DNA of 64,000 bases from the human T2T-CHM13v2.0 reference genome, Homo sapiens, in NCBI RefSeq assembly GCF_009914755.1, contig NC_060931.1; one strand, written 5' to 3'. The translations under genes were made by a program, and so were the position numbers. This document shows positions 39,718-52,735 of the stretch, one piece after another. Under the pieces are notes generated by a model, which was given only the letters and a program-made list of their open reading frames with translations, was not told the DNA's origin and ran no database searches. Position 1 is the stretch's first letter. Every line of letters begins with the position of its first letter.

Positions 39718-40476
39718 TAATTTCACTTAAGATTTCTGTGTTTCAGGAACAGACACTTCTATGTACTTATATCTGCTGATATTTTATTTTGTGATTACTT
39801 GCATTTATTTAAATTAAAAAGTTTTTAGAGATCAGATAGATATTCATTTTCTGTTTTTTTTCTTTCTAAAATTTAAGTAGTTTCTTAATCTAAAATGTAT
39901 TTTGTGGTTATGGTGTGAGGTGAAGACCTAATTTTTTCAAATATTTATTCAACTTTTCTGATATAAAATATTGAGAAATCTATTTACCATTGATTTTTAA
40001 TTTTACTTTTATACTGTATATAATTCTTATATCCATATATAGATCTAAATCAATATGAATAGATAAAAATATATTTTTGTTATAATTTCCCATTTTACTG
40101 ACTTGACTATGATTTCTTCATAGCCACATTGCTTTAATTATTGTAGCTTTAAAACACTTTTTAAGACTCATCACTTTGTCCTTTTGTTAATGTTCTTAGA
40201 TATGTTTACTGTTTGTTTTGCCAAATGAATGTAGCAAGTATTTCAGTAAATATCTTATTAGAGTTATAAATGGATTTTTGTGATGCTTCTTAAATTTTTG
40301 CTAGGCTGTGCATCTTTATAATATTTAGTTTTACTATCCCCCAAAAATGGCATGTTAATCTACTCATGTGTCTTATTAAATTGATTTGAATAATAATAAC
40401 CACAATTTTTCATCACTTAACATGTTTTATTAATATGTGACAACTCAATTAATATATTCACAAAATCTAAGAAATT

Positions 40477-40501
40477 TATATATATATATATATATATATA
40501 T
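40477..40501. repeat. (TA)n microsatellite
   Basis: About 12 perfect TA units. Confidence 0.95.
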
Positions 40502-41435
40502 CCTTGTATACTTGTCCCTATTTTAACCCTTAGAAATACTGAAGCTCTAAAAAGTTATGTGAATTATTGATGATCATAAAGCTAGGAAATCACAGCTAGA
40601 TATGACTATTTTTTTCTGTATAAGTTCTCCCTTTTAGTGCTAAAATTTTTTACATAGGTTATTTTAGCATTTTACTTTTTTCCTGCTGTTATGTATCCAA
40701 TGTTTTTGCATTGATTTATCATTAATTATTAACCTGAAATTTTTTCTACACTGATTTATAGTGTTGTTGCATGTTGCTACATGTTTTTATGGAAATTCAA
40801 GAAAGTCATATATGACTACACCATAACTTAATTTCCTATATTTGGAAATGTGGATATTTGTGCTACTTCCTTTTATTCTTTCTATAAACAATGATATAAT
40901 TATATATCCTTGAAGAAAATTTGCAGTTGCACACAATTAATTGTGTAGTATGCATTCCCAGGGATGGAAATGGTGGCCAAATTAATGCACATTTTAAAGG
41001 GATTTTATATGAAGTGACCTCAAAAAAACGCAATAATATACATTTCCAGCAACTGTGCATGAAAGTATCCATTTCCCTAGAGGCTTGTAAAAACATAGTA
41101 AAGCTAATTTTTAACATTGGCTTATTTTTTCCCAGGCCCTGTTCTAAGCACTATGGTATATTTACTCATTTAGTACTCAAAATAACTCTTGAGGTATTAA
41201 CTAATATTTGTCCCATTTACTGAGGTAGGAAAAAAGACACAAAGAGATCAAGTAATTTTCCCAAATTAATCTATTAGCTAATAAGTGGTTATCAGAATTT
41301 ATACTGAATCACTTTGATCTATACCATTTTTTAAAATTTAATCAAAATACAAATTAATTGCTAGTATGATTTGCAAGGCTAGACATTTTCACATGTCTAT
41401 ACTTCATTTTTATTTCTTCATTTGTAAGGTTCCTC

Positions 41436-41874
41436 TTTTTCTATTCAACTTTATTGATGTATAATTTACATATAAAAAATTCTAGCTATGTCAAGTGTCA
41501 GGTTCCACATGTTTTGGGAAACATATTCAAACATATGATCAACATTACAATCAAGATATAGAATATTTCCATCATCCAAAAAAGTTCCTTCTTGTCCCTT
41601 TGAAGTCAATAACCCCTTCCCCAAGCCCAAGTAAACAAAGGCACAATTCTTTTGTCAATTTGGATTAGTTTTACCCGTTCTAGAATTTCATGCAAATAGT
41701 ATCACATAGGATGTTTTCTTTTCTGTCTTACTTCTTTTGTCAAAAAATCTTGTTGAGATTTACCCATGTTTTTCCGTATGTGAGCAGTCCATTAATTTTT
41801 ATTTTTGAACACTACTCCATTGTATACATATGTCACAATTGCTTTATATAGTCACCGTGATGGATATTTGGGTT
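41436..41874 (-). mobile_element. L1MC/L1ME-type 3' end
   Basis: CAACTTTATTGATGTATAATTTACATA..CAATCAAGATATAGAATATTTCCATCA. Confidence 0.75.
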
Positions 41875-42215
41875 GTGTAATAAAGAGTCTGGACTCCACT
41901 TTAATGTTTAATTTTTGACATTTTTTAAGTTTCACTCCTCCTCCTACCCCTCTTGCTCCATTATATAGGGATGCTGATAAGAAAGCTTAGGTGCTCCCTC
42001 CTTTGGTGCCAGTGGGAATTTCAAACTGTGTAAGCCTGGGCTCACAGACAGGAACTCTTCCCTCAGCCCCACTCCCAACTGCCATAAAGCTGAAAGCCCA
42101 TCTTCTTCCCTTGTTTTCTCAAGCCCTTGTCCACAGCTCTCCTCAAAAAGTTTCATTACATGAGTAATAATCTTTTTATGCCTTCTTTGTGTGTGTAGCA
42201 TCATTGATTTTTGGG
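41875..42215 (+). mobile_element. MER74-like ERVL LTR fragment
   Basis: AAAGAGTCTGGACTCCA..GCTGATAAGAAAGC..GGTGCTCCCTCCTTTGGTGCC. Confidence 0.55.
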
Positions 42216-42299
42216 AAAAATAAAATACATTTAAAAGCCTGTATGTCATATAAAAAACAAACATAAAAGATAGAAAGAAGATAGGCAAGCTACTAACAT

Positions 42300-44280
42300 C
42301 AGGACCCAAGAAGTGGCCAGAGTAGTGTCAGCAAAGACCTATGGGGGTCCCCTACTCCTGACCCCTAATGTCAGTGGAGGCCAAGTGAAAAACCTGGACT
42401 TTCACTGTAATTTGGCAGTAATGATGTGGCACCTTCCTGCACTCAATGGAGTGGGGTCAGAAGAAGCTTGTTGAAATGGAAGATTAGATAAGATCCAAAA
42501 TTCTGTAACATAATACACAAAATATCCAGGTATCAATGAAAAACTCACTTGTCATGAAAAGAATCCGGGACAGCTCAAACTGATGAGAAAAGACAATCAG
42601 GAGATGTCAACAACAAGATGATAGTTGTTGGAATTATCTGACCAGAATTTTATAGCTGCCATCATAAAAATACTTCTATGAGCAATTACAAATACACTTG
42701 GAACAAATGCAATTTAGGAAGTCTCAAAGAAGAAATAGAAGATATGAAAAGGAACCAAAGAGATGTCTTAGAACTAAAGATTATAATAACTGAAATTTAA
42801 AAACTCAATGGATGGGACTCTGAATTTATCTCCAATATGCAAAGAGATTGGATGTCATTATTTTCATCCTTAAAACAAGAAACAATAAACTGAATGAAAC
42901 AAAAGTCAATGACTTTTTTGGGCCCACTGGAAAGGTAAGTTCTAAGAGCAAATGAGCACAATGAATCTGGAGACAAGAGAATTTAGAAGTTCACTGCTGA
43001 GATCTATGCATTGGAAGCCAAAGCCGTTGGAGCCATAAATGGGTAGGAAAAATTAAATTACAATTTTGATAAATTGTTGGAGGCTGAATTTGGACTAATG
43101 TGAGAGTAGGAATCCATTAGGGGCTGCAGTCTTAGAGGGTCTCTGCATTTCTGTATGTTTGTCCCCAGGAACCCCATCAAATTCTTATGGTGAAGAGTAG
43201 AGAAAGGTACCCTTGTGGCTCTGGCAGGGTAAAGGAAGAGTTATCATTTTGAAATGCACTTAGAATGTTCTCCATAACAAAGGCCTACTCTCCCTACTCT
43301 CTTCTATCAATTGTCTCCCCACTCCTTTCTATCAATTACTGGAATCTTAACTATAATCATGGATTTGTTTACTCCTCTTTTCAGTTTTGTCAATACTTGA
43401 AGCAGCCATGTTGAAGCTGTTACTGGGTGCAAACATATTTTAAATTTTTATGCCTTCTTGATGGATTGGCTTTTTTATTATTATGAAATAATCCCTATTT
43501 ATCCCCAATATTTCTTGTTATTAAGTCTACTTTGTAAGATATTAATATAATCATTTCAGAGTTATCATGTAACATGTTTGCATGGTATAGCTTTCCCATC
43601 CTTTTACTTTTAACATGAAAGACTTTACCAGAGCATTATCCCACTGAGTGAATGACATTTCTCCCACCCTAGGCCCCTTTAGACTTCCTGTTTCACCTAA
43701 GGGGATGGGGGAAAATAGCTAAGAAACACTTGTGAAGTCATAGCTCCGGAACACAGACACACTAAATGATTAATATTTAATCGTAAGACTTCCCCTCTTC
43801 CCACTAGACTTTACCACCACACAAGAGGGCTCTGTTTTCCAGATAGTCTGCTATGGATGAACAAGCTGCAAGGCACAGGCTCTCTGTGGGGAGGAGTCCT
43901 CAGGGAAGTCCAAAGTCAACAGGGAAGACACTAGAGGAATTCGAATGCTCTGTCATCTACATCTACAGTTAACATAAAACTCTACATTAAAGGCCTATTA
44001 TTAGATACAACATGTCCGGCTTTTAACAAATGTAATTACAAAGCATGTTAAACAACTAAAGACTAAAAAGCTAAAAATCCACAGTATGAAGAAACAAAGC
44101 AAGCATCAGAATGCAACCCAGATATGGCACAGATTTTGTATTAATCGAGGTTTAAAAATAACTCTAATACGTAAGGTCTCTAATGGGAAATTAGATAGCA
44201 TTCAATGACTTATGGGTAATGCCACTAAAGAGAAGGAAACTCTAAGAAAGAACAAGAAATGCTAGAAATTAGAAACATCA
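42300..44280 (+). mobile_element. Ancient L1M 5' region/ORF1-start fragments, interrupted at ~43294-43616
   Basis: CATAACAAAGGCCTACTCTCC..GAAAGACTTTACCAGAG and GAAACAAAGCAAGCATCAGAA motifs. Confidence 0.55.
43326..43616 (+). repeat. ~290-bp dispersed direct duplication, inserted copy (pairs with 44864-45152)
   Basis: Hand alignment: about 13 substitutions and 3 small indels. Confidence 0.96.
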
Positions 44281-44289
44281 TATGCCTTT

Positions 44290-45335
44290 TAGTTCATTGA
44301 TGTTTATATTGTTAATATTTGTCTTATTTCTATTTTCTTTCTTCTACTTAATTTGGGTTTAGTTTACTTTTCTTTATCTATTTTGTTTAGAAGAAGCCTT
44401 GATCATGTATTTTAGAACTTGTTTCTTTACTAAAATAAGCATTTAAATCTTAAGTTTCCCTGTAAGCAATGCTTTAGTGACATCTCACAAATTTTAATAT
44501 GTTGTGTTTTCATGTCTATTTAATTTGTAATATTTTCTAATTTGTGACTTCTTTAACTGTGGTTATTTAGAAGAGGGTTATTTAATTTTTAAATATTTGA
44601 ATATTTATACAGTAACTATTGGCTATCCATTTTCAATTTAATTTCATTGTGATCAGAGTTAAGCACAGATAATCTGTATAATTTCAATTCTTTTACATTT
44701 TTGAGACTATGGCCAAGAGTTATGTATATATTTGTGAATGTTCCATGTGCTCTTGTAAAGAATGTATATATTCTGCTTACTATATGTTATAATCACCAAT
44801 TAGTTCAAGTTAGTTGATACTATTTTCAAGTCTTTTGTATCCTTACTGATTTGCTGGGTACATTTTCTATCAGTTACTGGAATCTTAACTATAATTGTGG
44901 AACTGTTTATTCCTCTTTTCAGTTCTGTCAATACTTGAAGCAGCCATGTTGAAGCTGTGTTACTGGGTGCAAACATATTTTAAATTTTTATGTCTTCTTG
45001 ATGGATTGGCTTTTTATTATTATTAAATAATCTCTATTTATCCCCGATATTTCTTGTTAAGTCTACTTTGTAAGATATTAATATAATCATTTCAGAGTTA
45101 TCATATAACATGTTTGCATGGTATATCTTTCCCATCCTTTTACTTTTAACATTTGTACGATGTATATACAATAAAACATATATTTATATATTATGATTTC
45201 ATATATTGTAAAATCTTTTAATAGATTGCATATATTTGGGCCTGTATATATAAAATATTCCATAATCTCTGCCTCTTAACTAGAACGTTTAGATTATATT
45301 TAATTAATGCAAGCACTGACATGATGGAGTTTGTC
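44290..45335 (-). mobile_element. Ancient L1M ORF2 (endonuclease region) fragment; contains the donor 44864-45152
   Basis: TGTGAATGTTCCATGTGC..AAGAATGTATA; CATCCTTTTACTTTTAAC. Confidence 0.75.
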
Positions 45336-45346
45336 TCATTTTTTCT

Positions 45347-45421
45347 ATTTTTCTCATCTTTGATTTATCCATTTTTCTCATCTTCGATTTATCCATTTTT
45401 CTCATCTTCTATTTATGCATT
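45347..45421. repeat. 24-bp tandem repeat, 3 copies
   Basis: ATTTTTCTCATCTT(T/C)GATTTATCC units at 45347, 45371 and 45395. Confidence 0.9.
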
Positions 45422-45439
45422 CTAATTACAGCCTCAGAA

Positions 45440-48400
45440 TGCCTGCCACAGCTGGCACCTAATGTGTCTGGAGCTTGCTCTGCCCTGCCTAACAGAGATG
45501 CCTATATACACCATTGGGGGAACCTGAGAATAGGTTCTTGCCTACCTGGGACCACCCTCTCCTAGTTCTTGGGCTCACTATCTGGAGGCCTGGGGATTGC
45601 CCACCTCATCAGTCACCCCAGTGGCACATGCGCACCACCAGAAGGCCTAACAACAGGTCCAGAAAACCTGCTGCTGTTGTGCAAGCATGCCATCTGGAGG
45701 CCTGGAGATTACTCTGCCCCATCCACCACCACTGGAATATGGGCAGTTCTCCTGGGGGTCTGAGGATCAACCTGAGCAGCATGCCACAACCAACACTGCT
45801 GATATCCATATACGCATGCTACATGGAGGCCTGGGGACTGGCCCACTTGTGTCACACTGCCACCACTAACATGAGCAAGTACCGCCTGGAAGCCCAAGGA
45901 ACGTCCAGCCACCGCTACTACGATCACCCATAACATACATGCTGCTCAGGGGCTCAAGAACTCACCCTCATGCCTGACCCACCACTGTCACTACAGGCAC
46001 CCACATAAGCCATCTGGAGCCCCAAGAATAGGCTTGCTTGAACCCACTAACCAGAAGGTGAAGAGAAATGTACTGGCAGAGAAAACCTATTTAACAAAAT
46101 AATACCCAAAAACTTCCCAAATCTAGCAAGAGGTTTAAACATTCAGATATGAGAAGCTCAGATAAACCCAAAGGGATACAACCCAGAAAGGTCTTCTCCT
46201 AGGCACATTACAGTTTAACTGTCAAAAGTCAAAGACCAAGAGAAATTTCTTAAAAAAAAAAAAAGTAAGAGATAAATACCTAGTCACATATAAAGAAACT
46301 CCCATTAGAGTAAAAGTGAATTTCTCAGGAGAAACCTTACAGGCCAGGAGATAATATGATGATATATTCAAAGTGCTAAAAGGAAACAACTGTCATTCCA
46401 GAATACTATACTCAGCAAAGTTATACTTCATAAAGATGGAGGAATAAAAACTTTCTCAGGTAAGTAAAAACAGAAGAAATTCATCACCACTAAACTAGAC
46501 CTACATGAAATGCTTAAGGGAATTCTACACCTGGAAGTGAAAGGACTATATCTGCCATCATGAAAATGTGTGAAAGTATGAAACTAACTGGTAGAGTAAA
46601 CACACAAATGAGAACAAGAAAGGACACAAATGTCCCCACTACAAAAAAAAAAAAAAAAAAAGAAATCAAACAATAAGACAGAAAGAAAAGAAAATGAAAT
46701 ATACAAAAAAAAAACACCAGAAAACAATTAATAAAATGGCAGGAATAAGTCCTCTCATATAAATAATGAGCTTGAATGTCAACAGATTAAATTTTTCACC
46801 TAAAAGATATAAACTGTCTAAATGAATAAGAAAACATGGCCCTATTGTATGCCCCCAAGAAGAAACTCACTTCACCTGCAAAGACACATATAGGAGGAAA
46901 GTAAAGGAATAAAAAAAAAAAATACATGCAAATGGAAATAAAGCTCACAGGAGTAGCTATACTTATATCTTCAAAAAGTAACTTTAAGTCAAAAATAGTA
47001 AAAAGAGACCAAACAGGTCATTATATAATGATAAAGGCATCAATTCAACAAAAGGATATAACAATTCTAAACATATATGCACCCAGCATCAGAACACCCA
47101 GATATATAAAGCAGACATTATTAGGTGTAAAGGGAGATATAAACCCAATACGGTGATAGTTGAGAATTTTGACACCCCACTCTCAGCAATAGTTAGGCTA
47201 TCTATATGAAAATGAGCAAAGAAAGACTGAATTTAATTTGCAGTTTAGACCAGTGGGCCTAATAGACATTTTCAGAACGTTTTATACAACAACTTCAGAA
47301 TACATATTTTTCTCATCAGCACATGGAATATTCTCTAGGATAAATGATATATTAGGCCACAAAACAAGTCTCAACAAATTTTTAAAAATCAAAATCATAT
47401 CTAGTATCTTTCCAGACCACAATAGAATAAAACCAGAAATCAATAACAATAAAACACTGGAAACTGTACAAATATATGGAAATTAAACAATATGCTCTTG
47501 AATGACCATTGAGTCAGTGAGGAAATTAAGAATGAAAAAAAAATGTCTTTGAAACAAATGAAAAAGGAAACATAGCATACCAAAACCTGTGGAATACAGC
47601 AAAAGCAGTGCTAAGAGGGAGGTTTACAACAATAAACACCTATAACAAAAAAGTAGAAAGACTTCAAATAAATAACCTAAAGATGCACCTCAAGGAAATA
47701 GGAAAGCAAGAGGAAACAAAACCCAAAATTATTAAAAGAAATAATAAAGATCAGAGCAAAACCAAACAAAGACCAAAAACAAATACAAAGGATCGACAAA
47801 ACAAAAAGTTGATTTTTTGAAAAGATAAATAAAATTGACAAACTGCTAGCTAGACTAACCAAGACAAAAAGAGAACACTCAGATGAAATCAGAAAAGAAA
47901 AAGGAGACATTACAACTGACACCACAGAAATACAAAAAATCATCAGAGACTACTGTGAACAACTATATGCTAATAAGCTGGAAAACCTAGAGAAAATGAA
48001 TAAATTCCTGGACACATACATCCTACCATATTGAACCATAAAGAAACAGAAAACCTGTACAGGCCAATAATGAGTAATAATATTGAAATAGTAGAAAAAG
48101 TCTACCAAAAAAGAAAAGTCCAAGTTTTACCAAACTTATAAAGAAGAACTAACACCAATTTTTCTTAAAGTATTCCAAAAAATTGAAGAGAATGGAATTC
48201 TTCCTAACTCATCCTACAAAACTGGTATTACTTTGAAACCAAAACCAGGCAAGGTCACAACAACAAAAAAAACTACAGGCCAATATCCCTGATGAACACA
48301 TACGTAAAAATCCTCAGTAAGTACTAGCAAGCCAAATTCAATACAAATCAGAAAAACCCAGAACACCATGATCAAGTGAGATTTATCTCAGGGATGCAAG

Positions 48401-50845
48401 GATGGCTCAACATGTGCAAATCAATTAATGTGATACATCATATCAATAGAATGAAGGACAAAAACCATATGATTGTCTCAATAGATACAGAAAAAGCATT
48501 TGATAAAATTCAACATTCCTTCATGATAAAAATGCTCAACAAACTAGCCAGAGAAGAAACATACCTCAACCTAAAAAAAGGCCGTATGTGTCAAACCCAT
48601 AGCTAACATCATAACGAATGGGGAAAATCTGAAAGCTTTTACTCTAAGAAGTAGAATTAGACAAGGATGCCCACTTTCACCACTTCTATTCAACCTTGTA
48701 CTGAAAGTCCTAGCCACAGTACTCAGGTAACAGAAAAAAATAAAAGGCACTCAAATTAGAAAAGAGGAAATCACATAGATCCTCTTTTCAGATAACCTTA
48801 TTGTATATTGAGAAAAACCTCAAGACTCCATCAAAAATCAGATAGATAACTCAGTAGTTATAGGATACAAAATCAACATGCAAATATCAGTAATGTTTAT
48901 AAACACTAATAATGAACTAGCTGAAAAAGAAATCAAGAAAGCAATCCCATTTACAATTGCTAGCAGAAAAAAAAAACTAGGAATAAGTTTAACCACGTAC
49001 ATGAAAACCTTCAGAAAAAAAAATTACAAAACACTGATGAAAGAAACTGGAGAGAACATAAACAAATGAAAAGACATCCTATGCTCTTGGATTGCAAAAA
49101 CTAATATTGTTAAAATGATAATAATACCCAAAGCAATCTACAGATTCATTGCCAGCTCTATCAAAATACCAATAGTACTTTTCACAGAAAGAGAAAAAAC
49201 AATCCTAAAATATGTATGGAACCAGAGAAGAGTCTAAATGGCCAAAGTGATCCTGAACAAAATGAACAAAGACAAAAGCACCACACTACCGGACTTTAAC
49301 ATATATTACAATGTTAGAGTCAACAAAACATCACAATATTTGTGCCAAAACAGACACATAGGTCAATGGAAAAGAATAGAGACCCAGAAAGAAACTCATG
49401 TATTTACAGCCATATGACTTTTGATAAAGGAGCCAAGAATATACACTAGGGAAAAGATACCCTCTTCAGTAAACGGTGCTGGGAAAATTAGATACCCATA
49501 TGCAGAAGAATGAAACTAAACACCTATCTCTCACCATATACATAAATCAACTCAAATTGGATTAAATACTTAAACATAAGGCCTGAAAATATAAAACTAT
49601 TGGAAGAAAATAAAGGGGAAGCATGCCAGGCCATTGGTCTAGGAAAATATTTTATGGCTAACACCGTAGAAGCACAGGCAACAAAACCAAAAATAGACAA
49701 ATGGGATTATATTAAACTAAAAAGCTTCTGCACAGCAAAAGAACTAATCAAGAATAAAAAGACAACCAATGGAATAGAGAAAATACTTGCAAAATAGTCA
49801 TCTGACAAGGGAGTAATATCTAGAATATACAAAAACTCAATTCAACAGCATATAAAACAAACTAACAAAAAACACCAAACAATCCCATTAAAAAGTGGGC
49901 AAAGGATCTAAATAGACATCTCTCAAAAACAAAACAAAACAAAAAAAACAAAACACGTGGCTGACAGTGTATTGAGCATTCAAAAGAATCACCAAGGAAA
50001 TACAAATCAAATCACAATGAAATATTGTCTTACCCCAGTTAAAATGGCTATTACTAAAAAAATAACAAATGCTGGCAAGGATGCAGAGGAAAAAAAACTC
50101 TCATACGCCATTAGTGGAAATGTAAATTAGTATAGCCATTATGGAAAACAATATGAAGACTTCTCATAAAACTAAAATCAGAACTACCATACAATCCAGC
50201 CATCCTACTACTGGGTATTTATCCAAGGAAAGGAAATTAGTATATCTAAGGGATACAAACAGCTCCATGTTTATTGCAGCACTGTTCACAATAGCCAAGA
50301 TACAAAATCAACCCAAGTATTCATAAATAGGTGATTGGATAAAGACAATGTGGTATATTTATGCAATGGAATATTATTTGGCTATTAAAAAAGAATAAAA
50401 TTCTGTCATTTGTAGCAGCATGGGATGGAATTGGAGGTCAATGTGCTAAGTGAAATTAGACACAGAAAGGCAAATATGTGGAAGCTAAAACAGTTGATCT
50501 CATGGAGGTAGAGGGTAGAATAATAGTTATCAGAGGCTGTGGGTGTGTAGGGAGAGGGGGAATGAAGAGAGGTTGGTTAATGGGTACAAAATTACCGTTA
50601 GCTAGAAGGAATAAGTTCTAAGGTTTGATACTATAGCAAGCGATTATAGTTAACAACAATGTATTGTTCACTTCAAAATAGCTAGAAGTAAGGACTTGAA
50701 ATGTTTTCAACACAGAAATGATACATGCTAATGGTGATGGATATTCTAAATACCCTGACTTCATCATCACACATATCTGCATGCAACAAAATATCACATA
50801 TACCCCTTAAATATGCATAAATAGTATGTACCAATACAAATAAAT
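45440..50845 (+). mobile_element. Near full-length old L1 (L1MA4-like), heavily decayed
   Basis: GC-richer repetitive 5'UTR, partial ORF1, ORF2 fragments, 3'UTR GGTGATGGATATTCTAAATACCCTGAC. Confidence 0.88.
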
Positions 50846-52065
50846 CATATTAGAGCAGGTCTAGAGTATCCTTTATTCTACATTTAGCTTAGTTTTACTA
50901 TTAACACATTGTATTTTATTACTTAATATTGAATGCCCCAGATGTTCAACAATTCTTCCCTCTGACTAGTTGGAACACAAATATCTGCCATTTGCAGGTG
51001 AGCTCTAAGAATTTTTCAACTTACAGCTCCCTAGTAGTTCTGAGACTGACCTCATGTTCCAGCCTATAAATGCATAGTTTAGTAATCAGTCACAGACTCA
51101 GGTCACCTCTATGCAAACTCGAATGCTCCTTTTCTAGTCACCTTTCTCCTCTGAGGGATTTTGTGAGTTCAGTTGGCTTTGCCTCCCAGAACAATAATCT
51201 CTTTTTTTACCCAGCAAGACCATCGTGCTTTCATTGGGTCCCATCCCTGTCTTATGGTCGGGAAAATTCCTTTAGGCAGAAAGATGATGCAATCATAAAG
51301 CTTACTTTGTTTATTTCTCTTCTCTCAAAGATCACAGTCCTGTACTGCCTACTGTCCAATTTGTAAAAATGATTGCTTCATATATTTTCGTCCTGTTCTC
51401 TAGTTGTTTATAGCAGTAAGGCAAAACTGGAACTGATTACTTTTTCATGGTAGAAGCTGAAGTCTTTGAATTTTCTATTTTTGTCACCTGTACTGTAACA
51501 GAGTGGTATAAATCCCACCTCTACTACTGCCTAACTAGATGGATTTAAATTTATTGAATTTCCTTTTCCTTATCTGTAAAATGGGCATAAAAATATATAC
51601 CACTAGATTGTTCAGTTCACTAATTAGTTAAATATGGTATAAACACATCTAGAAGGAGTATCTAAAGGTTGATTCTCCTCCTTCTTTCAAGAGAAAAGAC
51701 TATAAAATAAGACAATTTCATTAAATACCCAAAATATTAAAAGCAAAATTTTGTGATATCTATAATAAAAACGGTTTCTGTGGGCTCCCATCCATGTCTT
51801 CAAAACACATGCTAAGTACTAATTAAACCTATATCCTAAATTCATGCCTCTTTTCGACCTCTGTATTCAACCAGTTGCTTCCGTCTGTTCATAAGCTCCC
51901 ATCTCTCCTGTTATCAATTTTCCCCGTTGTGGACTTCACCACTTGCTATCTGCACACATCATCATCAACACCACATTTTCCTAACCTTAGTTATTAACCT
52001 TTCTGTCTGATTATCTGATCTAAGTATAGAACCCCATGAAACATTCCTAGTTTGATCATTTTTCC

Positions 52066-52675
52066 TGTCAGAGGCATTCAAACCAGAGCTACTCCAAATC
52101 ACAACTGAATAGGGGCTGGGTAAAATGAGGCTGAGACCTGCTGGGCTGCATTCCCAGGAGGTTAGGCATTCATAGTCACAAGATGAGATAGGAGGTCACA
52201 AGATACAGGTCACAAAGGCCCTGCTGATAAACATGGTACAATAAAGAAGCCAGCCAAAACCAATATGGCAACAAAAGTGACCTCATTATATGCTAATTAT
52301 AATGCATTAACATAGTAAAAGAGACTTTCACCAGCATCAGCACAGTTTGCAAATGCCATGGCAATGTCTGGAAGTTACCCTATATAGTCTAAAACGGGGA
52401 AGAATTCTCAGTTCCAGGAACTCCCCATCCCTGTCCCAGAAAACTCATGAATAATTCACCCCTTGTTTAGCATATAGCCAAGAAATAACCATAAGTATAC
52501 TCAATCAAGCAGCCCACGCTGCTGCTCTGCCTATGGAGTAGGCATCTTTCACTTGCTTAATAAACTTCCTTTCACTTTGTTCCGTGGACTTGGGGAAAGA
52601 ATCCCCAAATTCTTTCTTGTGTGAGATCCAAGAACCCTCTCTTTGGGTCTGAATTGGGACCACTTTCTGGCAACA
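52066..52675 (+). mobile_element. MER41B-like ERV1 solo LTR
   Basis: TGTCAGAGGC..GAATAGGGGCTGGGTAAAATGAGGCTGAGACCTGCTGGGCTGCATTCCCAGG..AATAAA..GGCAACA. Confidence 0.92.
52412..52420. promoter_or_regulatory. GAS (STAT1) motif TTCCAGGAA in MER41B
   Basis: Exact TTCN3GAA; the second tandem site at 52433-52441 is mutated (GTCCCAGAA). Confidence 0.6.
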
Positions 52676-52735
52676 TTCTTACCTTCCTCTCTTTGGGTCT
52701 GAATTGGGACCACTTTCTGGCAACATTCTTACCTT
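52636..52735. repeat. Perfect 50-bp tandem duplication over the LTR 3' boundary
   Basis: CCTCTCTTTGGGTCTGAATTGGGACCACTTTCTGGCAACATTCTTACCTT twice, no mismatch. Confidence 0.98.

Noticed and set aside
45514-45936. Cluster of overlapping GC-richer ORFs
   Set aside because: Repetitive 5'UTR of the L1MA4-like element; stop-poor composition explains the ORFs.
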